Positions 1-34,416 of a stretch of 64,000 nt of DNA are shown one piece after another; the stretch's first letter is position 1, and each line of letters starts with the position of its first letter. A program made the position numbers and the translations under genes. The stretch lies in contig CAVNZM010000005.1 of the NCBI GenBank assembly GCA_963693365.1, positions 10,997,728 through 11,061,727 on the forward strand. Reading direction: 5' to 3'. Source of the DNA: Amoebidium appalachense. Its lineage: Eukaryota > Protista > Ichthyosporea. A model generated the notes under the pieces. That model was given only the letters and a program-made list of their open reading frames with translations. It made no database searches and was not told where the DNA came from.

Positions 1-1
1 G

Positions 2-229
2 GGCCCATTCATTGGAGGGCCGCTTGGAGCCATGGCCCACATGGTGCCGAACCACTTTCTGTCCAAACACCCAAAGGTTGAGCCTGCTGCCACCCGGCAA
101 GCACTTCAGGTCCCAAATGTGGAGGTGGGGGGGGAGCCTGAACCGGGTGTGCATGGGCCAGTCGGAAAGAAGCAGCCGTTTGGTGCACGTGCCGAGGCTC
201 AGATGAATAGGGCGGCTGGTGCATTGTGA
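2..229 (+). CDS. Probable terminal coding exon of a gene entering from outside the window (unknown product)
   Basis: Open frame from the window edge (GPFIGGPLGAMAHMVPNHF...NRAAGAL*), repeat-free and exon-like, ending TGA at 227-229. No recognisable motif. Confidence 0.35.
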   Translation, partial: GPFIGGPLGAMAHMVPNHFLSKHPKVEPAATRQALQVPNVEVGGEPEPGVHGPVGKKQPFGARAEAQMNRAAGAL

Positions 230-829
230 AATGTGGGAGGATGGTATGATGTTTACGAGGGTTGAGTGGAATGAGGTTATGGTGGAGTTATGGCCATAAT
301 GGAGTGATATTGAGGGGGATGTGGAGTGAATAGGGCGAGTGCATTGGGGATGGAGAAAGGATTATACGGGCAATTTGGTATATCATATGGCAATGTAGGG
401 GAGGAAGTGTATTTGGGTTTACCGAAAACTTATTTCCGAGGGTTTCGTAGAAGTTCTATTTATGTGTTGTATAGCTATAGGAGGCCTTGATTTGAATTGT
501 GTCCTTGCCTGACCTACTGTATCTCATTAAATTTAAAAACCTCGACTTTGATGGGTGTTCACCGTTTTTTCCGATGTTGTTTGGGTGGCCATGGGTGCCG
601 GTTCCATAAAAGGAGCTCAATCACAGATCTGCACAACGTGATCCCTGTTAGGCAGCACAGTTTGACATTCCGGGACAAACTGTTTGCACATGCATGCACC
701 ATATATACCATGTAAACACGTGTTTTGTGCCCGTGCATGTGCACATCCATGGAGCATGCGGTGTGGATAGACACACAAGTACATCAGTAGCCGTACATTC
801 CGATGACGTAGCACGGTTTGGTCTCATAG

Positions 830-867
<38 letters not shown>

Positions 868-1272
868 GCCCCAGCTCGGCCCCAATTTTTCCTTTCGTTC
901 CTGAAGTATGACTGCAAAGCAACTTCATTGCCCCATTATATTAGCCGGACTACGTACGCTCAGCCTGAGGGAATTCCCAAATCAACCTCAGGGAAGGTGT
1001 GTGCGCATGCATGCGTGCAGGCTGGCACAAGCTTTCCCGACATGCATATGCATATGGCCGGAGCGTGGCAGTGCAGGTGTACATTAACGTGTTTGTGTCT
1101 GAAATGTGAAGTAGTGTTGATCGCGACTTTGCAATTGATGGTGGTGATGGTGTGTAGATAAATGCAACGTGATTCACAAGTACCTACTTATATTTCTTTG
1201 TGGTTTTGTCTGCGTGTCCATGGGTGCGCATGTGTGCTACCGATGGTACATATTGGTGATAGTAATAGTGGT

Positions 1273-1371
<99 letters not shown>

Positions 1372-2072
1372 AGGATCGGATGGAAGGAAAACCTGACAAC
1401 ACCAGTACGTATGCAGCCGAGGTCCAAGTTGAACGTAGTGTTTTGTGTAAGAGGGTTTCTGAATTAGTACAGTGCTGCATTACACGTGCATATATCTGGA
1501 GCGAAACCATATTCGCCATATTGAGCTGCTAGACCTTAGCGTGCAAAGAGCGGCTAAGGCCTGATAATCACACAGGCTCTCATGGTTACATAGGACACAT
1601 GTAGCTTGGCTTTATTGATATACGGCCACAGGATATACAGACGGGCGCGTTCAAATTTCGCCACAGCCTCAAAGGATCCCCATGTAAGAAAAATAAAAAC
1701 CAATACCAGTCTCGGTGTTGACTCGAGGGCATACAATGGGTTCAATCTAGCCTGCCCAACCGTAATAATGTAATTATAGCAGTTAAATTGCTCAATGATG
1801 CTTTCATGCCAATTATTCCCTTCCCCAATCACTCAGGCAGCTGGCAACGGTGCCGCCCTAACCTATTCTCTTCACACCGAAAAAGGTATTCCACCACATA
1901 GCCCCTACGACACCTTAATACAATATCAATCATAAAATCTGCTGAAAGACAAGAGGAGGAAAAACAATGAAATAACAACAAGTAGTGCTAGGAAAAGAGG
2001 GATTGACATAAGAGCAAAGCCTTCATGTCTCCAGAAAACATGGCAGCAAAGCCTGAAGGAGGAAACGAGGGG

Positions 2073-21945
<19,873 letters not shown>

Positions 21946-22631
21946 CTTCGATCGTTGGCGCACTAAACACACGCCTCTCTTCAGTTCGCTTTTGGTCAGA
22001 CGCCGTCTCAGGAGAACGGATAGACCTGCACGGATAGGGGTGCTGCACCCCTCCTTCTAAACCCACCGGAATGAATGAAATAAACGAGGTATCGCATGGA
22101 TTTGTATATTTACTCGATTTCTTCATGTCGCTAGGGCCATCATCGAGGAGCTCCGTTCAACCCCCCCTCCCCCCCCCCCCCCCCCCCCTCTTTTTTTAGC
22201 CGAACCTTTCCCCCTCCCCCCCCCCCCCCCCCGTGTTGTAAAGGGTCCTGCCACTCCCTCCCCCCCGCCTCCTCCCTTCTCCTCCATCTCTCTCCCCACC
22301 CTCGCCCTCTCTCACGCCTCACATCCCCCTCGACTCGAACTCCCTTTTCTCTTCGAATTACTCCGAGGCTCCACCCGGCCCAGCTCGAGCTCCCTTCTCC
22401 CAACCCTTCCCCCCCCCCCCCACCTCCCCTCCCTTTCGTTCTCTCAACGCCTGTGACACACCAACCTCACTGCTTTTATTTCTCGGTAAGGTCGAAGTCG
22501 CAAGGCGATGCCGTAGAACTACGATGGTGCAGCCAAAGGTTGTGGGGGTTGTGTCGGTCACCAGGACCAGCCTTCATTGCTAAGTAACTGAACTTATAGT
22601 CAGGTGGTGAAACCATTTAATTTACACATAG

Positions 22632-22721
22632 GACAGCAGCATCAACTGAACTTGGGAGGGTCAACCCGTCTTGATCAAAGACGAGCAGGGTTGCTTATGC
22701 AAGCAAGGTGAGCAAAACGGT
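22632..22721 (+). mobile_element. Isolated copy of the first 90 bp of the interior (leader) of the TRIM-like element
   Basis: gacagcagcatcaactgaacttggg(a/t)gggtcaacccgtcttgatcaaagacg...gcaaaacggt matches 18072-18161 with one mismatch. Confidence 0.9.
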
Positions 22722-22896
22722 CATGCATGTGTTCAGTTATTAGCATACCGTACAGATCTCTTTTTGATGTACCTGTAGTTCCGGTTATGTGCAAAGTTAG
22801 TGTGACTTCGGAAATTCGCCTCGTCTCTGAAACTCGTCACCACAGCTGTACCTATGCTACAAGCACAAATTACCTTTCCCGAGCTCTTTCATCTAC

Positions 22897-23139
22897 TTAT
22901 TCCACCGGGCCATGCACCACAGTAAACCCTTTCTGCTTAATGGGTAGCCAGAAACCATTCTCACACTTCACCCAGTCGGGGTACTCGGGTGGTATGTAGC
23001 ATTTGATCTTTGTGCCGTTTCTTGGCCAGTTCGAATCACTGCTCGTCTTGCTCATGTTTGGTTCTGTGCGCCAAAACATCCCCGAGCAGCCCTCGGCACT
23101 GGCATCAACCATAAAAGTGGAGTATTTAGGCGTGGCCAT
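22897..23139 (-). CDS. Intronless 80-aa hypothetical protein
   Basis: AAGATGG start context, repeat-free globular-looking sequence (MATPKYSTF...FWRTEP...NWPRNG...DWVKCENGFWLP...GPVE*), TAA stop; located in unique intergenic DNA head-to-head with CHFR. Confidence 0.65.
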   Translation of the reverse strand: MATPKYSTFMVDASAEGCSGMFWRTEPNMSKTSSDSNWPRNGTKIKCYIPPEYPDWVKCENGFWLPIKQKGFTVVHGPVE

Positions 23140-24307
23140 CTTGGTGGTTGCAAAGCGAAGACAGAGCTATGGATTCTGCAGGGGGAAAAAGAGTTGTGTT
23201 AAACATTCTCGGTGGCACCCATGATGGATGGTTTCGTATACGTGTAAGCCAAAAGAGAAGCGTATTACTTTACTGGGCCACAGAAGTTGGAAGTAGTAAG
23301 AGGAAAGGGGGATAATGTGTATATATTATGTTTTTACTGAACGCTTGTAACAAATTGTGCGTGTCAATGGTGGAAGAACGTACGAATGAAGTGAGAACTG
23401 AAGCCCCGAAGTAGGGCAGCCACATGTGATAGATGCTCATGTTGAGTACGGGTGCAAAGGAAACGAGATTAGGAGAAAGTATAGAGGTAAACAGACTGTG
23501 CTGGTGGGGTGATGGCGGTGTGTTTTTTTTGGGTGGGGGGGGAGGAGGAAAGGAGGAGAGGGGGAGGGGGGAGGGTGGGAGGGGGGAGGAGGAGAGGGGG
23601 GAGGGGGGGGGGGGGGGGGGGGAGGAGTGGGGGGAGGGGGAGGGGGGGCAGACTGACAGTCATCGAGAGTCAGAAAGGGAGAAAGGAAGTAGGCGTGTGT
23701 CTGTAAATTTTAAGTTCGAAAATTTTCAGTCAAATCATACCTGGCGGGGTTTAAAACTCTGAACTAGACCCGAAGATAGGACCACGCGTCAGGCCAAACC
23801 TGCAGCCTGCTTCAGTTCAGAGAAGTAAACTCGAAAAAAAAATACACCAAAAAAGAATCACGAAAAGGAGAAGTTGAAGTGTGGAAAAAGACGAACTAGA
23901 TGAGCGCTGGTTATATACCTGCCTAGACCTTGGGTGAGCCTTGCTTGATTGGTTCGCTCTACAGCAGATAAGCTTTAAATGGCGTTTCTGTTACCCAACC
24001 AACCGGCCGTTCTGATGCATCTTGCGGGTATATAAGCAGGTGGTCCAAGTTCCAAAATTGTCGCCTTCACGAAGCTTGCACTTGAACGTTTATACTTCGG
24101 AGCCGAAGTTGTTGAGACACACGTGACCGGTCGTGTGTTTAGCTGTATGAAGTTAGTAAAGTGATATTCATGTGTTGCTACAGTAGCGCTGTTACTTTCT
24201 ACAGAAACTGGCACACAAATAGAGTGGTGTGCTCGTGTAATAAGCCATCCAAAGCCCATCCCTCGGTTTTCTTTTGACAACACTTTAGGGGTTGCTTGTC
24301 CCGAAGA
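23140..24307. promoter_or_regulatory. Divergent promoter region between the 80-aa gene and CHFR
   Basis: Head-to-head starts ~1.2 kb apart; reverse CCAAT (GATTGG) at ~23947 and TATA-like tataag at ~24031. Confidence 0.35.
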
Positions 24308-25734
24308 ATGGCTGACGAAGAACCCACGCTCAAAAAGGTGAGCCTTTGTGAACGAATGCGTTGCCTCAAGACCAGTGTAAACTGTTGCATTTTTCAATCA
24401 TGCTGGAGTCTTAGCCCTCACAAATCTAGCCTGCTGCTAGATGACAGCTACTTCCTGCACAAAGATGTCAACAAAACATTTTCAGCTTCTCTTCCCAGTT
24501 TTGTTGTTTCCTTAGGGACCAGTTTCAATGGCATCCTTGGCACCATTCACGTCTTTGTATTACTTGGGCATGATTCACGGTAGGGAAGTATAGATGATTG
24601 GGGCACAAGGGGGCATGGTGGGTTAAGGATATGGCAAGAAGAGGGCGACATACGCTTCAATGAGTGACTACTCTGTTGACGGGCCCCATGGCTTTACGTT
24701 TCCTGGGCACATGTTCTTGTGCACGTAAGACATGAGATTTTGGGGGGGCTATCTTTCGACGAGGAGTGGGGGGGTGGGGGGGGGGGGGGGTGGGGGAAGT
24801 GAGGGTAGGAATGGTGCGGCGGCTGGTAGGGGGGGGGAGGAGGGGGGTATTTCCCGACGGGGGTGGGGTGGGGGGAAGGTGGGGGCAGGTTGGGGAGGAC
24901 GGAAAGAAACTAAAAGAGGGGGGATGACGGGTTGTGATTTGTTATCCTTACTTGTGCATCAGTTTACCAGGGAAATGATCGGGAAGAGGGGGGTAGAGGG
25001 CTAGTTTCTTACTGGTGCTGTGCTCATGTTAGGTGCCCACCGAGACACCTGTTTTGCAGCGAAAGGGCACAGACCCAGCCTCAGACCAAGCAAAGGCGAA
25101 CGTGGCAGTAAGTGTCATGTGTGTGTGTGTGGGGGGGGGGGGGGGGGGGGGGGGAAGGGGAGGTGTGTGCACGGTTGTGTTTGGTGGGGGGGAGGAAGAT
25201 GGGGGGGGGGGGGGCGGGGGGGGGGGGGGGGGGGGGGGGGGGAGGAGGGGGCTGAGAGAGAGGGGAGGGGAGGGGGGAGGGGCCGTGTATTATCATGGTA
25301 ATAATATCATTTGTTTATTTATTTATTTTTTATTTTTTTTAAGGTATTTTTTTTTTGGGGGGGGGGGAGGAGGGGGAGGGCTGTGTGGCATGGTTGATGG
25401 AGGTGTGCCAGGGTTGTGTGTGTGTGTGTGGGTGGGGGGGGGGGGGGGGGGGGGGGGGGGGTTTGAAAGCGTGTTTGTGGGTGAGGTGATGGCTTCGAAA
25501 ATTCCTGGTGTTCGTCGTCACGCCTCGTGCAAGATCTTGCCCATCACGTGGTCTTATATGAAGATTATTATCAATGGGTGATATTTTCGTGATAGAGAAC
25601 GTCATGTGATTTGATCATCATGCGATATAGTGTGTTTCCACCATGGCGCTTTCCCCTGATCCTACTTTCCTCTTGTTTCACCCACACACAGTGTCCAAAA
25701 AGTGTTGGACACCAGATTTTTACTCGGGATCCGA

Positions 25735-25767
<33 letters not shown>

Positions 25768-25893
25768 CCCCCCCTCCCCCCCCCCCCCCCCCCCCCCCGC
25801 CCCCTCCCCTCTTCCCCCTGCCGCTGCCGCCTTCCTTCCACGTATGCATCTTCTGTCAGTGCCACTGCCCTTTCAGCCTTTTTTTTTTTTTTT

Positions 25894-25934
<41 letters not shown>

Positions 25935-26671
25935 GGGGGTCCAACTATCCTGTGTGTTCTGGTTTTTGTGTTTCGGCATTGCTATGGGGGGTTTTACTTA
26001 CACCGTGATATGCAGCCTGTCGGTACCCTTGCCCAGCTTGTATCTCTCAACCCTGCCCACAGCCATGTTTACGTCACTGCCCCCGTGTTCCTCTTGGGCC
26101 GTTCAACAGGTCCCCCCCTCCCCCCCCCCCCCCCCCGCCCGCCCTCCACCCCCTCCCAAAAAAAAAAAAAAAAAAAAAAAAAACTGTCGCCTCCCCCCTC
26201 TCCTCCCCCCCTCTCCCCGCGTTCCCTTCATTTTCTTTCTTTCTTACTTTTTTTTTTTTTTTTTTTTTGGCCTTTGGGGGCGGGGGGAGGGGGGATTTTG
26301 TACTGTGCACAGCATTAGGTTTCCCTATACCTGCCTGAAACATGCTTGGAATTCTCTTTTTCATGCAATTGTTTTTTCTTCTGAAGCAAATGAAAAAAAG
26401 GGTTTATCTTCTCCTTTTCTTTGTCCCCCCCCCCCCCCCCCCCCCCCCCCCTTCCCCCCCCCCTTGAAAGATAAAAGGATAAAATGGGAAAAGAAAAGAA
26501 CACAGAAGCCCGTATGCACATGTGCGCATGCACATCTTTGGGTCCACACAATCACACAACCAAATACCTGCTTATCACACTCACGCAACCCATACACTCA
26601 GCCCCCAACCAGCCATTCATGTATACTCGCATGCATGCTCACACATACAGACATACACTCACTAACACACA

Positions 26672-26711
<40 letters not shown>

Positions 26712-27344
26712 GCACACACACAGAGTGCCACCAGCGTTATGAGGAATTGAGTCTATCTGGTCGACACTGTATCCTCACCACCTCCAACGGCACAACCACA
26801 GTCACAGACACGAGGTAACCTAATCCCCCCCCCCCCTCCAAAAAAAAAAAAAATAAAACGCGTCCCCTTCCCTCTCTTTCCTCCCCTCCCCCCTCCCCCC
26901 CCCCCCCCCCCCCCCTCCCCCCGGGCCTAACTAACAACATTATGAGCATGCCTAAGCACAGAGTGTGTATATTTTCCAAGATTCAAATCCCTGTCGCCTC
27001 TAAACGAGTATGCTCCTTGCTCCCGACCTACTGAGTCAAATCAAACGTGTGTGCCGTGGTTGTTATTGGCCGGCCTGCTCTTGCAAGATCCGTGGCATTT
27101 CCCAACCCTTTAAATACCCGAATCTACAGTTGAACGTGTATCCTCGTGTATCCTCCCCCCCTCCTCCTCTCTTCCCATCATCCTTTTCCTTCCCCTCTAA
27201 TCCCCCCCCCCCCCCCCCCCCCCCCCCCAGCCCTTCCACACGCACACACCATTGCCTTCTCACATCCGTCTTCTGGGCTCTCGAAAGATTTCAGTGAAGA
27301 AAAGTGGTGGTTATTTGATGTCACACTCTAGAAGTTATGCACGG

Positions 27345-27375
<31 letters not shown>

Positions 27376-27405
27376 TGTGTATATGTATATATGACATCCA
27401 TACCC

Positions 27406-27483
<78 letters not shown>

Positions 27484-28493
27484 TGTTGCGCGGGAGAGGG
27501 GGGGGGGGGGAGGGATTAGGGGAACACATTTTTAGGAATTTCTGCTTGTGAAATGCGCCGTTTGGAATCTCATACCAACCCAGGCACATGTTTGGCACCA
27601 TCTACCCACTCTAACCGCAACATGATTACTCACGAAGCCAAATTTCATACAGCACCAACGGCACATATGTTAACGGTCAGAGAGTGCCAAAGGGAGAGCC
27701 CATCCCTCTGGGCCCAGGAGACGAACTGTGTGTGAAGGCGAGCGAGGACGCAGATGCAAGTAGGTGGACGTGTGTGTGTGTGTGTGTTTGGGGGAAGGGG
27801 GGGGGGGGGGGGGGGGGATCTGTATGTGGGCGGGCTGAGTGATTAGGAGTTGGTTCCTAGGGGCAGTAAGTGGGTGTTTGTGGGTGTGCGGGGAGTGAGT
27901 GAGAGTGCAAGGGAGCTGTGTTTGTGGGTCTGGTTTTGATTATATCACCCACTGATAACCAATCAAATCGATCGCACGGTTTTCCGTGTTAATCAGTCGT
28001 CATGATGTCATTGATTTTGCGCCTCCCCCCCCCCCCCCCCCCCCCCCCGGCCCCTCCCCCCCTTTTCCCTTCCGTTTCCCCGTCCCCCCCTCCTGGAAAA
28101 CTGAATATACCGTTGCACAATATCCCTATCAGCGGGCTAATCTCCTGTGTTACTGACATCCAGGGATAGCATATGTGTATCGACCAATGAAGGCAGGTCA
28201 GACTACCCCACAGAGTGATGGGGCTGAAAAGAGGCCTGCGGTGGAGGTAACACATATTCGTGCATGCACACACACATATACGATTGCATACACGCACACA
28301 CACATGCGTGTGCATCCACAGTCACACATGTGCACACACACATGCGCACACACATTTTCACACTCACACATACGCACACACATAAACAAGTGATCCCGCA
28401 CACACAAAAACACCAAAGGCAAGCACCGTATGCGCAGGCACTTTCTTCGACACATAACAAACAGGCATACGTATGATTACCCCCCTCCCCCCC

Positions 28494-28527
<34 letters not shown>

Positions 28528-28633
28528 AAGAAAAAGACCTCTCCCCGTCACTTTCTCTGGCCCCACTATTGCCATGTTTTCCGGCTTGCATCTGATGTAA
28601 CCTAGGCACCAGGCACGAATGTACATCCTCTGA

Positions 28634-28665
<32 letters not shown>

Positions 28666-29295
28666 CCCCCCCCCCCCCCCCCCCCCCCCGCCCCCAACTC
28701 ACTGTGTTTCAAACAGACGGAGGCAGAGGACAGGCCCAAGAAGAAGCAAAAAGGCGGTGACGAGGAAATGGCAGACCACATGACCTGCGGCATATGCTGC
28801 GTATGTGAATCTCTCCCCCTTCCCCCCCCCCTCAGAAACACACGCACACACATACACGGGAAAAAAAAACGAAAAAAAAAACGAGAACGAGAGCACAAAG
28901 GAGAGGGGCAAAGACGGAACAAGGGAGTAAAAGAACCTGAAAAGAGAAAGAAAATGTTCTTTACCCCCCCCCCCCCCCCACCACCACCACCACCACATCC
29001 ACACGACACGCACAACACACCCACACACCCACACACACACACCCACACACCCACACCCACACATACACACATACACACACATACATACACTATCTGAAGA
29101 GTATGCTAGTAAGTTCCGCCAATCTATGAGGAAGCACGCAGGAGTACACATACTTATGTATAGACAGCAGGGGACAGGCGAATTCACACGCGCACGTGCA
29201 CACACACACAGACACACACCCACATATACACTGACTTATGCATTTGCCCGGGACATTATGTACTTTTTTGACTTTCACACGCACACACGTACACA

Positions 29296-29386
<91 letters not shown>

Positions 29387-30930
29387 ACACACACACTGAT
29401 CTCCGCATATGCTATAGGACATCATGTACGACTGTGTAAGTCTGCTACCGTGCCTGCACTCGTTTTGTGCAGCCTGCTACTCCGACTGGAGAAAACAGTG
29501 GGTACCCCCCCCTCCCCCCACCCCCCCCAACCCACCAACCCACCCACCCACCCACCACCACCACCTTCCCCTCGCATCCCCACTTCCTTCCCCCCCCCTC
29601 CCCCCCCCCCCCTGCGCCCACCTTGTGTTTGTGTGATGCACGTGTGTTTTACATTGCGGGATGTGGCCATGGTTGAATGGGATCCACAGCATTGAATAAG
29701 GGTTATTTTCATACCTTTCTGTACATTTATAAGGGCCGCTCTCAATCGGAAATTCAAGTTACACTGTTCATACCGGCAACTTCACCAGATCGAAATGGGT
29801 TTTGGAGACCGCGGCGTTTGCGGTCTAATGTGAGCATGAAAATGATAAAGAACCAGCAAGATAAAGTTGCAGGAAAGATAAATTAACATTGCGTTTTGCA
29901 AAAAAAAATTATAAGTTTACTTCAGTATTTGTTACCTTGTATATGGCGTATCTATCACTGGGCTGTCAAAGAGCCGCTTGGCAGCTTGATTTTCGAACCC
30001 CGTCAATGCAGATGTCCGATTGGATGAAAAGGCAAATTTAATTCAATGGCCAAAGCCGATTGGCTCGGCTCAGTAACATCGATTTCATCTTCAAAAACGT
30101 TCCCAAAATGTCTGAAGTCGCTACAGAAACACATAGGAAAAGTATATGAAATAATGATGTTTTTGCAAAACTCACTTAGAAAAGTATGTATGTAAGACAT
30201 ATACCTGTCGGCTTATGCAATTTATTTGGGCTTTTTCTTTCGATTTTGAGCTGCGCTGGACTTGTTTCGGTTGTGTCCGCTACGCGGACAAAACAATTAG
30301 TGCCGGCTTGAACAGGTTAAAAACATAAAACTGAAATTGTGTGTGGCTGCAGGTCGAACGAGTGCCCTGGCTGCCGTGTTAAGGCCACGAGCATCAAGCG
30401 CAACCACACACTGCAGAATGTGATTGAGGCATATCTGAGGTATATCCACTGCTCGTATATCTCGGTGTTGATTGTTCATGTATTTCTGGGCAGTGTAGTG
30501 GTGTGACAAGATTTCCTCTTGGTATATCTCAAGTAAATCCACACACAGTTGTGGTTTTGGGTGGAGCAATTTGCAGTACACAAGTTCTTTATCTCGTGTG
30601 GATAGATTTATCAAGGAGAGTGGATGGAGTGATTGGATTGGGGTGAGGCCATCACCTACAGCAAATAGGGGGGAGGGGAGGGGAAGGGGGGGGGGGGGGG
30701 GGGGCTTGACCGGGGGGTGGAGGCTTGACCGGATTTTAAACACATCTATCCATGTCTTCTTTCCCAGTGTTTGTGTACTGTGACCAACCCCTCTAGAGCC
30801 TTCCCATAGCAAGAAAACGGCACCCATTGCCCCTCCTAGTCCCTTCCTCCCTGCACATTCCCGTTTGACCCCCCATTCTGTCCCATACCGTCTCTAAAGC
30901 ATTTCCTCTGACTCTCTCTCTCTCTCTCCC

Positions 30931-30961
<31 letters not shown>

Positions 30962-30992
30962 ACAGACACCCTCCCCGCCCACACATGCACAC

Positions 30993-31029
<37 letters not shown>

Positions 31030-31046
31030 CCCGTTCACACATGCAA

Positions 31047-31118
<72 letters not shown>

Positions 31119-31272
31119 CCTCCCCGCCCACACATGCACACACACACACACACACACACACTCTCACACACACACATCCTCCCCGTCCACACACACACAG
31201 ACTCACACACACACACACACAGACACACAGACACACACACACACACACACAAGACACCCACACCCACCCACA

Positions 31273-31308
<36 letters not shown>

Positions 31309-31706
31309 CAACACCCAGAGAAGGCGCGCAGTGCAGAGGAGCGTAAAGACATGGACAGGAGGAACACAATCACAAAGGACGAGGTGGGTGCTATCGGCGC
31401 ATATCTGGCCGAGAATGGGGAGGGAGGGGAGGTGTAGGGAAGGGGGAGGGGGGGGGGGGGGGGTTTATATCTGAGGAAACTGCAAGTGGGATAGGTGAAG
31501 TGGGAGAGGGGAAGGGCCATCGTGACAGGACTGGCTGCACAGGCAGCCACGGTGATGATTGGTATGCGCAGTGCATCAGATGGGCTGATATGATTGGGCC
31601 ACAGCTGACCAACCACCAGCAAGCAACACACAGCAGCCAATCGGATGACGAGGAGGACAGTGGGAGCGATGACGAGGACGGTGTCCTGCCGATGTGAGTG
31701 CCCCCC

Positions 31707-31737
<31 letters not shown>

Positions 31738-31845
31738 AAAAAAAAAAAGAACATCAACCCAACCCACATACACCACCACCACCACCACCGCCACCACCAG
31801 CACCCCCCTTCCCCCCCCCTCCCCCTCCCCCTCCCCCTCCGGGAG

Positions 31846-31888
<43 letters not shown>

Positions 31889-32150
31889 AAAAAAGGGGGG
31901 GGGGGGACAATCCAATCCCCTCCCCCTCCCCCCTTCCCCTCTTCCCTCTGCGGGGTATTAGCACACAGGCATGTCCCTGACATTGTTCACGTGTGCTCGT
32001 ACCTGTCTTGTTGGTTGCTGGAGTGAACAGGCCACAGATAGGATGCACACAAGCCCGCGTAACGGAATTTCGGAAAGACAATGTGCTAAGATCTATGACC
32101 ACACGCACACACGCACACAAGCACACACACGCGCACGCGCGCACACACGC

Positions 32151-32204
<54 letters not shown>

Positions 32205-32213
32205 GCGCGCACG

Positions 32214-32298
<85 letters not shown>

Positions 32299-32730
32299 CG
32301 CCAGTGCCCCGGGTGGCAGGGAGCCAATGCAGGGCCGGGCTTCTACTCGTGTCAGCCCGGTGCCCCCCACGTCTCATGCCTGGTATGCTCATTTCAGCAC
32401 CCCTTCCTACCCATCCTCAGTGTTTCTTCACCTCGTCTTTTCTCGAATGAGTAGTCTACCCAACCGGTTTTAAACCCATACATGCCACAAAGCACTCATC
32501 TTTTCAATTAGTAAAGAGGACTGAAAGGCCTGACAGAAAGGATTCACTTTTTTTTTGTTTTGTTTTTTTTTTTTTTTTTGGGGGGGGGGGGGGGGGGGGA
32601 GTTATATGGTGATCGGTAGAGATATTGAGCTAATAAAACATGCTGCAGTGCTGCTACGGTCTGATGCCGGTCCATGCCAACCTGTCACAGCTGCCACCGG
32701 CACACCAGAAGACAGCATGTATGTACAGAG

Positions 32731-32777
<47 letters not shown>

Positions 32778-33040
32778 CCCCCCCCCTCCCCCTCATCGTG
32801 AATGTGCACTGTCGTAGACAACCCAGATGTTTGATGATTCCGGCTATGAAGAACCTCCCAGTCGTGTTCCATGTCTTGTGTCAAATACACTCGGAACCCT
32901 CATAAGTCTATATTTGCAGACCAAGCATACAGATGCAAGCGAAGAAGTGTGCTCACACTCTCTCAATACAAACATGCACACCAACACGTATATGGCTAAC
33001 ACACGTGAGTGCCTGAGCACACATACACACACACACACAC

Positions 33041-33105
<65 letters not shown>

Positions 33106-33364
33106 ACCTATGCCGCAGGCCCTTCTGCCACCAGTATTGGGGCTGCCGCTGTGCCCTGAACCCCCCGATGGCCACCCACCCAGTCCAGCCCTCTGTGTGT
33201 CTTATGCCGTTGAAAGGTACCTCCCCCCCCCCTGTGGATGACGTGGGCCCCCCCTGAGGATGGGCTCTGCTTATTATGCATACTCTTTATGTATGGCTTG
33301 CATTCTGCATCGTGTTATCCGTTTGTTCTTGTGTACTCCGTACTTTTTGACGCATTCAAACCCC

Positions 33365-33402
<38 letters not shown>

Positions 33403-34380
33403 GGGTCACCCACCTCACCCGTTTCTCACCCCTCACCCATGACCCCGACCGTCCAAATACTTTTTCCTGCATAAGAGACATGTGCCCCTGGTAGGGTTCT
33501 CTCTTTACTCACCTGCTTGGCCCATGCTTCTGTGGTCACTTGGGTGAGACTAGAGCATTTCTCCTTCGAATGGTTGTATCACCTCCCCCTTCACCCGCAC
33601 CCTCCCTTCATCCACACTCTCTAAACCCATCCACGATAATACCCTAGCTGACGACTTTTACATGTCTCTCTCCCCTCTCCTTTCCCGCCCGTCCTCCCGC
33701 TTTGCCGATCACCTGAACCTCCCCGTCCACCCACACACCCACATATTTATAACCCCACTTTCCCCTTTCCTCCCTCCCCCCCCCCCCCTCCACCTGCCCG
33801 ATGAACACACACACAGATCGTACACTGCAGTCTGTGCCTGCTAGTGCGTTTGGAGGCAATGAGGCCGAGACCCAGATACTGAGGACACACCTAGCAGCAA
33901 CAAACACCACCCCCCAGCACATGGCCACTGTGTGCTTGCAGGCACTGCAGGATGGGGAGATGCCTGTGGACGATGGTGTGTGTGGGATACCTCCCAGTGC
34001 CCTCCTCCGCTCCTCTCCCCCCCCCCCCCCCCCCCCCCTGCCTGAAAAAGAAAAAACAAAAGAGAAAGAAAGGAGAGAGAGCGAAAGGGAGGGAAGAAGA
34101 GGCATGGAGGGACCAACGAGGGGGACGGAGGGGGAGAGAGTGTGTGTGATAAAGGGAGAGGGAGAAAAGGGGGGGGGGGGGGGGGGGAGGGTTGGAGAGA
34201 GGGAGAGAGAGGTGATAACTTTAGAGAGCAGACATTTAATAGGCTTTAGATACTGCTTTGAGTGGAATTTGAAGCACAGTGCAAATCGTTTCGTGCAAAT
34301 GGATAGAATGGATTCTTTGGGGGATGAGGCTATTTGGCATAGGGTTTTTCACATCGTCGAAAGGTGGTTGCTGCCGTGAT

Positions 34381-34416
<36 letters not shown>

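Noticed and set aside
559-1900. Possible small spliced gene on the minus strand downstream of DDX23
   Set aside because: Some exon-like pieces and an acceptor (ctaacag near 645) exist, but I could not build a phase-consistent model or recognise a domain.
25490-25737. Possible degenerate MITE in CHFR intron 2
   Set aside because: Inverted similarity is short and gapped and no TSD is evident.
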